From Thermoplasmatota archaeon (GTDB taxonomy: Archaea; Thermoplasmatota; Thermoplasmata; Thermoplasmatales; ARK-15): DNA of 64,000 nucleotides. Positions 19,157 through 28,175 of this stretch are shown piece after piece. The notes beneath the pieces are model-generated. The model ran no database searches. It was not told where the DNA came from and was given only the letters and a program-made list of their open reading frames with translations. How positions within the stretch are numbered: position 1 is the first letter of the stretch; each line of letters begins with the position of its first letter. A program made the position numbers and the translations under genes. The stretch spans positions 11,719-75,718 of the forward strand of contig JAVRLB010000001.1 of the NCBI GenBank assembly GCA_031961865.1, written 5' to 3'.

Positions 19157-20485
19157 CTATTTTCGATCTTCTAGAACATTCTTTATGACTGTTTCTATGA
19201 TCTTTTCAGACTCTCCAAGATAGCTTTCTGGAGCGGTCAGTGATTCTAGCTCTTCTTTTGTAATTATTTTAGATATCTCTGGAATATTGAGCAACGCTTC
19301 ATCTATCCTTTTATTTTGCATTGCAGCCAATCTAACAAACTCATGAGCTTGCTGCCTTCCAAGCCCTTTTTTTGTCAAGGCTACAATTATAGGTTCGTCC
19401 ATAATAAAGTATCTAGCTTTTTCTAGATTATTATACATTACATCTTCATTGACTATGAGCGTATTTAAAACATTTTTCATTTTGATTAGAATATCATCGA
19501 TCAATACACAGCTGTGCGGGATTATGAATCTTTCAGAGGCACTATTTGTCAGATCCCGCTCATGCCATAAAATTGCAGATTCATGCATCGGTACTATAAA
19601 ACCACGTATAATTCTTGCTAAACTGCATATATTCTCAGAAACTATTGGGTTCTGTTTGTGTGCCATAGTGCTGGACCCTACTTGCTTTTCTTTGTCAAAA
19701 TATTCAGATACCTCTCCTATCTCAGGTCTCTGCAGATTTCGGATCTCGGTGGCAATTTTTTCGAGGGTGGTAGCTATATTTGAAATTATAGAAATGAACT
19801 CTATGTATCTGTCTCTCTCTACTACCTGCGTTGTGGCAAGATCTAAATTAATGCCTAAGCGCTCGGATACGATCTTCTGTATATTCTCTGTATATGGCTC
19901 AAATCCTGCACCTGTTCCAACTGCTCCAAGCATTTTACCCACAATTATGCGTGATTCAGCTTCTTTGACCCTCGTTAAATGTCTGTGAATCTCGTCTAAA
20001 TATACAGCTAGTTTTAATCCAAAAGTGATTGGCAAAGCCCATTGCCCATGTGTTCTGCCCAGCATAATCGTGTTCTTATATTGTTTAGACTTATCAATAA
20101 GCACGTTTTCTAGATCTATAAGATCCTGTTTCAGTATTTTGATAAACTCCTTGAATTGTATGGCTGTCGAAGTATCTATTATATCATTTGATGTAGCGCC
20201 TAAATGTAAGTATTTTCCAGAGTTTCCAGCCTGTTCGGTTAGCGCTAGCACCAACGCCATTACATCATGTTTTGTCTGCGCTTCAAAAACCTTGATTCTA
20301 TCTATATTGACATTCATAGACGCTTTTTCAATGATCTCAAAATCTTGCTTGCTGATCAATCCTAATTTGAAATAGGAGTAGGCTAATGCTACTTCTACTT
20401 TTAACATGTAATCATATTTTTTAGACTCGCTAAAAATGTCTTTTACAATATCTCTACCATATCTGTATTCAATTGGGCAGATCAT
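19157..20485 (-). CDS. purB: adenylosuccinate lyase
   Basis: Fumarate-lyase signature GSSTMAHKQNP. N-terminal PIEYRYG typical of PurB. 442 aa. Confidence 0.95.
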   Translation of the reverse strand: MICPIEYRYGRDIVKDIFSESKKYDYMLKVEVALAYSYFKLGLISKQDFEIIEKASMNVNIDRIKVFEAQTKHDVMALVLALTEQAGNSGKYLHLGATSNDIIDTSTAIQFKEFIKILKQDLIDLENVLIDKSKQYKNTIMLGRTHGQWALPITFGLKLAVYLDEIHRHLTRVKEAESRIIVGKMLGAVGTGAGFEPYTENIQKIVSERLGINLDLATTQVVERDRYIEFISIISNIATTLEKIATEIRNLQRPEIGEVSEYFDKEKQVGSSTMAHKQNPIVSENICSLARIIRGFIVPMHESAILWHERDLTNSASERFIIPHSCVLIDDILIKMKNVLNTLIVNEDVMYNNLEKARYFIMDEPIIVALTKKGLGRQQAHEFVRLAAMQNKRIDEALLNIPEISKIITKEELESLTAPESYLGESEKIIETVIKNVLEDRK

Positions 20486-20500
20486 AATTATACATAAATA

Positions 20501-21268
20501 TTAATCTGTATTTATATCTTGAGAATTTTTAGCCTGTATGATCACAAAATCACTTTTTGAAACAACATTTTCAGAGCTCCTAGAATTTATACAATCTAAA
20601 AACTTTCTGAACCCCAGCTCAAATTCTTTATCAGTCAAAACAGCTAGAGTAGATAAATATTTTTTTCGTACTCTTTCTATATACTCCTCTTTTTTATAAA
20701 CAGTTTCATCATTAAAGCTTTCAATGTTTACTTTATATCCAATATCTTCAAGCAAGATCTTAAGAGCATTAATATCCTGAAACCTGGCAAGATCTATCTC
20801 AATGAACCTTGGAAACTGATCCAGACAAAGAGATTTAGGCCAGTTTATTATATGCTCACGTGAAACAGTTACAATGATCAAAGATCCATTTTTGGCTAGC
20901 ATAGTCTTCAGTTTTCTAAGCAACGATTCTAAATTCTGCAGATGATGTATAACAAATACTAGCAAAATAAGGTCAAAACAACAATCTTGAAATTTTAAGT
21001 TATCGAGATCATCTTTTAACCATGAAACATGGTCATACTTCTTAGCCGCTATATCTAACATTTTTGTAGAGTTATCAATACCCGTAATTTTAGCACCGGT
21101 CATGAGCTGCATTGTTATCGAGATTCTGCCAGTTCCACATCCTAAATCTAAAACTTTTGAAGAACAATCTATCTTCTGAAGATTCAGGATCGTTTTTATT
21201 AGCTTTATCGGCACATCCTTTCCTCTTGTATCCTCAAAATCATTAGCTAATTCATCATAATGTACCAT
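20501..21268 (-). CDS. class I SAM-dependent methyltransferase
   Basis: Motif I VLDLGCGTGRIS and post-I GIDNS. 255 aa. Confidence 0.8.
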   Translation of the reverse strand: MVHYDELANDFEDTRGKDVPIKLIKTILNLQKIDCSSKVLDLGCGTGRISITMQLMTGAKITGIDNSTKMLDIAAKKYDHVSWLKDDLDNLKFQDCCFDLILLVFVIHHLQNLESLLRKLKTMLAKNGSLIIVTVSREHIINWPKSLCLDQFPRFIEIDLARFQDINALKILLEDIGYKVNIESFNDETVYKKEEYIERVRKKYLSTLAVLTDKEFELGFRKFLDCINSRSSENVVSKSDFVIIQAKNSQDINTD

Positions 21269-21573
21269 GCTCTAGATAATCAAAACTCGATATTTCTAGT
21301 TTTTTATGCGATCTTTTTAAGATTCATTGAATTTTGTGGCACGCATTTTTGATAGTGACAAAGCTAAACGGCATACTATCGAAATCTGTGAACTTTAGCC
21401 TTTTTAGATTCAAGCATAAGATCAAATGTTTTCTCCATAGTTTTTTGCCCAATAACTTGAAAATGATACAATATAGCATCATAAAAATTTTATTGAATCC
21501 TATAATCAAAGATTAGTTGAGAACCTCATATATGCAAAACCTTTTTAAAATGAAAGTTATTAAGGGTTATGAT

Positions 21574-21649
21574 GGGCCCGTAGCTTAGATCGGTAGAGCG
21601 TTCGGCTCTTAACCGAATGGTCGAGGGTTCAAATCCCTCCGAGCCCGCC
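21574..21649 (+). tRNA. tRNA-Lys (anticodon CUU)
   Basis: Hand-folded cloverleaf. D stem GCTT/AGAGC region, anticodon stem TTCGG/CCGAA, loop CTCTTAA, T arm GAGGG-TTCAAAT-CCCTC. The acceptor GGGCCCG/CGAGCCC has one C-A mismatch at 5:68. Confidence 0.88.
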
Positions 21650-21970
21650 TATTCTTTAGTAAGTAATGGGATATCTTTTCATCTACTTTTTTTCGTCTTT
21701 ATACTTGACTTTCGCAAAATAGTGAAATGAAAAACATCAAAATATTATGCATTTAAATGATCTTTTAGCTATTTTATTGACATTTTATGTAGTGTGTTTA
21801 TTATTCTTTCTGGATATGTTATACCTATTTTTTTCAAGATCTATCCCATATTTTCTGATCTTAGCGTTATTATGCCTTCCGCCACTCTTTAGATTTTTCT
21901 GCTGACTCCGTTTTTTATATCTTTTGTTTGGCATATTTCAGATTTTTCCTTTAGCAGGGCAGTAAGGTAA

Positions 21971-23423
21971 ATACTTAACTCGGAATATTTTTAGGGAACA
22001 GCTCTGGTTTCAGATCGAGGGTTTCCGCAAGTTCCCTCGCCTTCTTTGGCATCTCTGCCATTATAGCCCTCTCGCCCACATCGATCATGTATATCTTTGA
22101 TAACTGCAGCAATGCGTCTTTCACACTGATTTTTCTGTTGATCTGCTTTTTCTTCAGCAGTTTCAGGATCCTGTAATAAACAAGGAGTGATATGAAGGAG
22201 AGAAACACATAACCCTTGAGTGTGTCATCGTCCTGCAGATATGGTGTGTCGACCTGCAGAAGGTTCTTGAATACATCAAATGCCTCTTCCACATCATTTC
22301 TGGATTTGTAAAGCTCGAAGATGGTCTGTGGTCTCATCCCTGTATTAGTAAGTACAGCGATCTTCCCAGCCTTCTCCAGTGAAAATTGAGGATTCTTTCC
22401 TGCATCCAGAAGAGAATAGTACTCATTCTCCTCCTGTGCTCTGAGGAGAATGTCCTCGAACACATGTACAGTGTAGTTGTTAACTGTCTTGTATGCATAT
22501 TTTATGGTTCTTTTTCGGAACATGAAGAATCCGGCTGGCTGCATAGAATAATCCGGAATATTAGAATTTCTTCTCAAAGGGGTTATGAAATACAGTCCAT
22601 GGGTATCCATCTTCCCAAAGTTGTCATCGTCAATGAATCCTCTGTCCATGACGAAAAGTGTACCTGCAGGCAGTTCCTCTTCTGTCTTTCTAAGTGTATC
22701 GATGTCAGGTACACTTCCAGGTACCAGTCTGATATAGCAGGGCTCGTCCCTGAGCCGGGAAAAGCCCATGATGATCCTGATCATGGGTAAATGTAGATCG
22801 CTGTTATTATAACCGAATTCAGCCATACTTATCCCGGAGGAATATGAGAATAATGCCGAGGTGTCATAGGCAATAATCTCATTCTTCTTCATGAGTTTCA
22901 TGAATATGGCCTTCTGCCCTGCCTGATCCTTCCCTATACGCTTCATCATAGAGGACAGTGATTTAGGAGATATCTCCGGTAATGTCTTCGAGAGCCAAGT
23001 TTTCTCTACCCAGATTTTCAGTGATTTCATTGGTACCGGAAATATGATCCGGTTAAGAGAAAATGCCATGATTCTCATGAGATCACGGGGGAACTGCCCT
23101 CTCAATGATGAGATTACATCATCCATGAGTGACCATGCTAGCTCAATATGACCAATCTCATACACACCCTTCACTGATACTATGTCCCTTACTCTTTTTG
23201 GATCTCCGTTGATCATCTTTCCAACATATTTTGAGACCTTGTGCCTCTTTTTGTGATCAGCATCCCAAACCATTGAGCTTTCGTAAACATACTCATACTT
23301 ACCAATTTTTTTAATTTCTCTGGTCATGATCAGTATATAGGGAACACATAACAGTATAAGAATCTTTCTATAAATACAGAGAAATAAGTTAACTGTTCCC
23401 TAAAAAGTGTAAGAGTTTATGGT
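21971..23423 (-). mobile_element. IS element, IS1634/IS4-type, about 1.45 kb
   Basis: Single transposase ORF. Perfect 14-bp terminal inverted repeat TTTTTAGGGAACAG (21988-22001) / CTGTTCCCTAAAAA (23393-23406), extendable to about 31 bp at 22 of 31 matches. Visibly higher G+C than the flanks. Confidence 0.7.
21975..23327 (-). CDS. DDE transposase, IS4 superfamily (IS1634-like)
   Basis: Intact Y-x2-R-x3-E-x6-K signature (YKSRNDVEEAFDVFK). DDE candidates AYDTSAL and LFVMDRGF. The N-terminal KIGKYEYVYES...KVSKYVGKM resembles IS1634-type N-termini. Confidence 0.85.
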   Translation of the reverse strand: MTREIKKIGKYEYVYESSMVWDADHKKRHKVSKYVGKMINGDPKRVRDIVSVKGVYEIGHIELAWSLMDDVISSLRGQFPRDLMRIMAFSLNRIIFPVPMKSLKIWVEKTWLSKTLPEISPKSLSSMMKRIGKDQAGQKAIFMKLMKKNEIIAYDTSALFSYSSGISMAEFGYNNSDLHLPMIRIIMGFSRLRDEPCYIRLVPGSVPDIDTLRKTEEELPAGTLFVMDRGFIDDDNFGKMDTHGLYFITPLRRNSNIPDYSMQPAGFFMFRKRTIKYAYKTVNNYTVHVFEDILLRAQEENEYYSLLDAGKNPQFSLEKAGKIAVLTNTGMRPQTIFELYKSRNDVEEAFDVFKNLLQVDTPYLQDDDTLKGYVFLSFISLLVYYRILKLLKKKQINRKISVKDALLQLSKIYMIDVGERAIMAEMPKKARELAETLDLKPELFPKNIPS

Positions 23424-23654
23424 ACATGGATATTCATAAGGCCATAAAATTAATTAATGGAAATGGAATACTTGATTCGACAATAGAACTTTTTTCATAG
23501 GATTAATTATAGTAATTACTATATACAGAATAAACAGTTCGGTAAATCACAATAATACGAGTTTCCCAAGATAAACTGAATCGATATTTCTAACGGTCTT
23601 TTACAGCCATGATAGTGGTAAAAATTTTATATAATTATTAGATATTGCTATCTT

Positions 23655-26600
23655 ATGTATAAAAAGTTAATTTCTTTCGCCATTTCTCTTTTGATCATTA
23701 TTTCGGCCATAACATTTATCTCAGATAACGGTAAATCAAATAATGATGCCTTAAAACCACTTACAGTAATAGGAAGCGGGATCAAATCCCCAGGCTTTCT
23801 GTATGAAACTCTTCTATTAAACAACAATTCTCTTATTATGGGAAATTATATAAGGGACCTGATAGGCAATAAACCCGCAAATGAATTTTATGATCCATTG
23901 AAAAATTTGATTTTTGTCTCATACTATTATTCGAATAATGTTTCTCTTTTCAATGCTTCCAGTTTGCAATTTTTAAAAAATATAACATTGCCATTTTCTG
24001 ATGCTGGTTTTATATTAAATAATAAAAACGGAAACATTTTAATCTATTCCTATTTGTCAAAAGATTTAATTATACTAAATAAAACAGATGAGGAAATCGG
24101 AAATGTTTCATTGGGTAATCCACCAACAAATCTAATATTCGATCAAAAAAATAACATAATTTATAGTCTGGAAGAAAGTGGAACAATAGAACTTTTTAAC
24201 GCTTCCACATTCGCTGAAATAAAACAACTTGACCTATTCACGGTGAGCATGTCGTATAATCCAATTAATGGTTATGTTTATGTTTTGAATTTGAACGACA
24301 CTTCTGATACTCTAATTTTCATAAATAATACCAGGATCGTCAAATGTATACCTTTGAACCTCATAGGATTAAGTCTAACTGTAGACTATTTAAATAACAT
24401 TGTACTAGTTCAAAGCCAACAAAATACTGACGAATTCAATGGATCCACTGGGTCTTGGATTCAGTCTATACCTGATGATTATTCAATTCTGACTAACTTA
24501 TATTATTGCCCTGTTAATGGTTACATATATGCAATATCCTACGCTTTAAGTCAAATTAGCGTTTTTAGTATAAATGGTACTTATATTACATCCTTCAATA
24601 CTGATTCCCTGCCTTCAATATCTCAACAGGGTATAATTTATGATTATGCAATGCAATCAATATTATTGTTAGATACTGGATCAGATAGCATTTCTATTAT
24701 ACCCTTAAACATTTATACAGTTAATTTCCATGAAAATGGTTTAGAAAGTGGAACTGAATGGTCAGTTACACTTAACGGAATTACCAAAGAATCTCTAAAT
24801 GATACAATTTCATTTATAGTAGGGAATGGAACTTATTCCTACAGCGTAGAAGTTCCAACTGGTTATAATTTGACAAATAGCAGTGGAATAATAAATGTAA
24901 GTGGTGATATCTTATTTATTGACTTAAATTTTGTTAGTCCACAAACTCTGTACAGGATTAATGTATATTCAGCCGGTCTGCCGGTTGGTGCAGAATGGAA
25001 GATAACTATTGGTAATGCTACCCAGGTAACATACAATCTAGCTGACAACGCTTTATTCCAATATGACTTTATGACGTTATATTTGCCAGCCGGTACATAT
25101 AAGTACTCAATATTTTCCCCAGGATATCATGTTGTATCTCCATTTCCAATCAATTGGACCTGGCCATCTTCTAGTCTACATCAACCTTATATAAACTCAT
25201 TGACAAACTTGTCATCAAGTGGATATATCCATATAGATAATTTCCAAGCTTTCTATGATCTCATAGCATATTTTAGAATAACCACATATAAAATTGTGTT
25301 TGAGGAGAGAGGGCTTCCCAAGGGTACTTATTGGTATGTTAATCTCAACAATGTTACTTTTGGGAGCAATAAAAATGTAATAATTTTTAATTTACCAAAT
25401 GGGACATATAATCTTAATATAGCTACTGCAGGCACTTCTTCTTCCCTTGCAGAACCATTTGGAGCTTCGTTGGATATTATCAATGGATTCAATTCAACAG
25501 TAACCAATATAACCATTAAAATTGATTCCGCCGGTAAACAAATAAATGTTACATTTACCAGAAATTATTCATATGTTTATGCAAACTTTACTTTTTTACA
25601 ATATCCAACTTTCTATCCTAAGGCTATTACCATTAATAATATAACACTCTACTCGGTATTCAACAACAATATATCATTCCTTTTGCCAAAAGGCAATTAT
25701 TCCGCTCACATTTTATCTATAATCATGGATAATGAGATCCCACCAGTTTGGGGGACTTCTTTTAATAGTTGGTTATGTCAATACAAGAACTTCTCTCTGC
25801 AGAGTAATTTGAACATAAACGTAACATTCCTTCCTCCAAAGGGATACTATGCTGTTAAAATAGTTTCACGTATGAATCCAGATAATTCAAGTTTATTAGC
25901 TCTGATTCAAAATAAATCAATTAATTATAATTATTTAATGTCAGAGAATGGCACAATTTTAACTTATCTTCCAAACGGTACCTATTCAATTTCTGGTGTA
26001 CTTATGTATTCTAACTTTTCATATAATTTGTCCCTGCAATACAATAACTACGATAATTTTTATACATACTTTCCTAATTCATTACTTGTTTCATATCAAA
26101 TTAATTCATACTTCTATTCTGAAAAAAATTTTACTGTAAAAGGGCAAAATGAAACAGTTTATATTAATTTCCTTAAGAAATATGCGATCGCATTTAATGT
26201 TTCAGGATTGTTGCAAGGAGAAGAGATACAGATTACAATAAACGGAGAACACATAATTTCCGAAAATAATCTGATAAGCATTCTTGTTCCCAATGGATCA
26301 TATAATTATTCCGTTAACGTTATTGGAGCAAATGGCCAAATTTATCTTCAAAATGGTTCTGGGAATATACTGGTAAATGGTAGTAATGTGGCGATATTCG
26401 TGACAATTATCAGGCCTGCATATCTTACCGGTTATGTTACACCTTCTAACGCAACCATAGAGATCAATGGATTAACATATATTGTAAAAAATGGAACTTT
26501 CAATATAACACTAAAGCCTGGGATTTACCAGATAATTGCATCTGCTCAGGGATATAATACTTATGTGAAGAATATAACTTTGAACTCCTCGGAGATAAAA

Positions 26601-26738
26601 TCTTTAAACATACACCTTACTAAGAAAACGAATCAGGCACCTAATTTTGGAACTGCAGCAATCGTAAGTATTATCATAACTATAATAGCAATCGGAATAA
26701 TTTCTTCACTTATTTTCAGACAGAGGAGTAAAAAATAA
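23655..26738 (+). CDS. large membrane-anchored surface glycoprotein with beta-propeller-like and repeated GLPxGTxW modules
   Basis: N-terminal signal/anchor LISFAISLLIIISAITFI. YVTN-like repeats (NPINGYVYVLN, CPVNGYIYAIS). At least four repeats of about 85 aa (YTVNFHENGLESGTEWSVTLNG, YRINVYSAGLPVGAEWKITIGN, YKIVFEERGLPKGTYWYVNLNN, YAIAFNVSGLLQGEEIQITING). CarboxypepD_reg-like GYVTPSNATIEINGL...IIASAQGYNTY. C-terminal TM AAIVSIIITIIAIGIISSLIF. Very many N-x-S/T sequons. Confidence 0.7.
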   Translation: MYKKLISFAISLLIIISAITFISDNGKSNNDALKPLTVIGSGIKSPGFLYETLLLNNNSLIMGNYIRDLIGNKPANEFYDPLKNLIFVSYYYSNNVSLFNASSLQFLKNITLPFSDAGFILNNKNGNILIYSYLSKDLIILNKTDEEIGNVSLGNPPTNLIFDQKNNIIYSLEESGTIELFNASTFAEIKQLDLFTVSMSYNPINGYVYVLNLNDTSDTLIFINNTRIVKCIPLNLIGLSLTVDYLNNIVLVQSQQNTDEFNGSTGSWIQSIPDDYSILTNLYYCPVNGYIYAISYALSQISVFSINGTYITSFNTDSLPSISQQGIIYDYAMQSILLLDTGSDSISIIPLNIYTVNFHENGLESGTEWSVTLNGITKESLNDTISFIVGNGTYSYSVEVPTGYNLTNSSGIINVSGDILFIDLNFVSPQTLYRINVYSAGLPVGAEWKITIGNATQVTYNLADNALFQYDFMTLYLPAGTYKYSIFSPGYHVVSPFPINWTWPSSSLHQPYINSLTNLSSSGYIHIDNFQAFYDLIAYFRITTYKIVFEERGLPKGTYWYVNLNNVTFGSNKNVIIFNLPNGTYNLNIATAGTSSSLAEPFGASLDIINGFNSTVTNITIKIDSAGKQINVTFTRNYSYVYANFTFLQYPTFYPKAITINNITLYSVFNNNISFLLPKGNYSAHILSIIMDNEIPPVWGTSFNSWLCQYKNFSLQSNLNINVTFLPPKGYYAVKIVSRMNPDNSSLLALIQNKSINYNYLMSENGTILTYLPNGTYSISGVLMYSNFSYNLSLQYNNYDNFYTYFPNSLLVSYQINSYFYSEKNFTVKGQNETVYINFLKKYAIAFNVSGLLQGEEIQITINGEHIISENNLISILVPNGSYNYSVNVIGANGQIYLQNGSGNILVNGSNVAIFVTIIRPAYLTGYVTPSNATIEINGLTYIVKNGTFNITLKPGIYQIIASAQGYNTYVKNITLNSSEIKSLNIHLTKKTNQAPNFGTAAIVSIIITIIAIGIISSLIFRQRSKK

Positions 26739-26977
26739 TCGGGTCTATAATGAATTAATAGGTTTATCTTCCATACTTGTTCGTCCCTTCTTTGGGTGCA
26801 CAGAAGAAGTATCCTTCCTGTTACGTGAGATTTATGTTTTGTGTCTCACGTGGGTTATACAAAATTCTTATCACTATCTTCATCAATAGTGCCTGAAAGG
26901 TTTGGTACCATAAGAAACAAGTGTTATTATTGAATCTTAAATAATAAATTTTTCAGATCATCGGATGTGTGACGTAA

Positions 26978-27190
26978 TTATTCTTTCTTGTCTTTCCTGA
27001 ATGTACTATCATTCTTTGTGATTATCACGTAAACCCTTCTTCCAATGTATCTTTTTGGAATGTCAGCCTTCCCTGACATTCCTATGGGGGTTACTGTCCT
27101 CTCAAGGAATCCCTCTATCTCATCATCCTTTAGAATAAGCTTTCCATTCTCCAGTTCCAGTCTCCTCACCATGGTCACATGGTTATTCAT
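26978..27190 (-). CDS. small AbrB/SpoVT-like protein (DUF2080, 'putative transposon-encoded protein' family)
   Basis: 70 aa. The pattern ...FLERTVTPIGMSGKADIPKRYIGRRVYVIITK matches my recollection of archaeal DUF2080. Confidence 0.5.
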   Translation of the reverse strand: MNNHVTMVRRLELENGKLILKDDEIEGFLERTVTPIGMSGKADIPKRYIGRRVYVIITKNDSTFRKDKKE

Positions 27191-27225
27191 AGATAATTAT
27201 CTAACGTTTCGTTTTATACTTAATG

Positions 27226-27675
27226 GTGCCGAAGATATTCGATGATGACATAAAGTATAAGCTTGAAGTGATCAACGGCATACTTGGCAAGAAATATAAG
27301 CTCGAGCACCCGAAGGAGGAGAGGGATTGGAGGAATCATCAAGTTCTGTCTATTCAACCTTTATGGTATCTGGAAGAAAATTGACTGTGGATGAAATTGC
27401 CAAAATAACATCATATTCAATTGCCAGATTTCTTTCTTCCCTGAACAACCTTATTGAGAATGGGCTTGTTGAAAAGCACAAGGAGAATGGAGTTATAAAA
27501 TATTCATCAAACCTGAATTTCGTTGATCTATTCGAAATAAGGAGTAAGGTAATAATGGAAAATACCTTGAACCTCTCGTTGAAGTTTCAGGAAAATACAT
27601 TCTGACAAACATTTGGATGAATTGCAGAAATACGTTAAAAACATGTATGAATATTTTCAGGATTTTTACACATAA
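27226..27675 (+). pseudogene. frameshifted winged-helix (GbsR/MarR-like) regulator gene
   Basis: Three consecutive coding-looking segments in alternating frames. Segment 1, 27226-27384 (VPKIFDDDIKYKLEVINGILGKKYKLEHPKEERD...). Segment 2, 27327-27605 (...GRKLTVDEIAKITSYSIARFLSSLNNLIENGLVEKHKENG...). Segment 3, 27607-27675 (KHLDELQKYVKNMYEYFQDFYT). The middle segment carries the HTH. Confidence 0.35.
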
Positions 27676-27855
27676 TAGTAAAAATTTCATATGTTTTCAT
27701 AAATAAGCTTATATTTTAATTTGAAAATTTTTTGAGATCTTTTTCCTGGTATAAGATATGTTATCAAAAATACAGTTCAGACAAATGGATTTATTTTTTT
27801 AATATATTTAATTGTGCAAATTAAAGGACATTTTTTGATATGTATCTAAATCCCC

Positions 27856-27929
27856 ATAATTAAAATGGGCCCGACCGGATTCGAACCGGTGATCTTCGCC
27901 GTGTAAGGGCAACGTCATAACCTGCTAGA
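27856..27929 (-). tRNA. tRNA-Val (anticodon UAC)
   Basis: Reverse complement folds as GGGCTCG-TG-GTCT..ATGAC-TTGCC-CTTACAC-GGCGA-AGATC-ACCGG-TTCGAAT-CCGGT-CGGGCCC-A. Confidence 0.9.
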
Positions 27930-28002
27930 CCACGAGCCCAGTTCAGTGTAAGTGTATATATTTGCGATATTAAATCTTTTCTTGTTTGGAGCCTGTTAAA
28001 TG

Positions 28003-28132
28003 TTCGTTGATAGACAAAGATATAACTGTGTTTTTAGCTTCACCTTAAAAATGAAAATGACGACGGTACCGTAATCTGTCTTCCTGCCATCCAAAGAGTA
28101 AGTAAAATTTTCAACTAAGAATTGACAGTTTC
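28003..28132 (+). repeat. MITE-like dispersed repeat, copy C
   Basis: See copies A and B. Ends in TTGACAGTTTC at 28122-28132. Confidence 0.7.
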
Positions 28133-28157
28133 AAAAAACAGAAAAATTTAAACATTT
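28122..28157 (+). promoter_or_regulatory. putative promoter module (TTGACAGTTTCAAAAA plus AAAAATTTAAAC TATA-like) upstream of alaX
   Basis: 15 of 16 identity with 844-859, followed by a similar A/T box. The TATA-like element lies about 25-30 nt before ATG 28176. Confidence 0.3.
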
Positions 28158-28175
28158 AGTTAGTATTAATCAATT

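Noticed and set aside
19449-20375. 179-aa and 116-aa ORFs antisense to purB. Similar antisense ORFs occur at 35273-35776, 47254-47772, 54160-54702, 51970-52380, 30237-30983 and 14249-15139.
   Set aside because: All lie opposite strongly supported genes and show the biased composition typical of shadow frames.
21324-21516. Two mutually overlapping ~60-aa ORFs upstream of tRNA-Lys
   Set aside because: Neither has an SD/TATA context or recognisable sequence. This is probably non-coding spacer or the tRNA promoter region.
21786-21935. 49-aa very basic minus-strand mini-ORF (MPNKRYKKRSQQKNLKSGGRHNNAKIRKYG...)
   Set aside because: It lies in A/T-rich spacer next to the IS, resembles nothing I know, and is too short and low-complexity to support.
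23778-23791. GGGATCAAATCCCC, which resembles the tRNA-Lys T-arm (GGGTTCAAATCCC). Considered as an att-site duplicate for the island.
   Set aside because: It is only about 13 nt and lies inside the surface-protein coding sequence (GSGIKSPG). There is no extension of similarity into the acceptor stem, so it is most likely coincidence.
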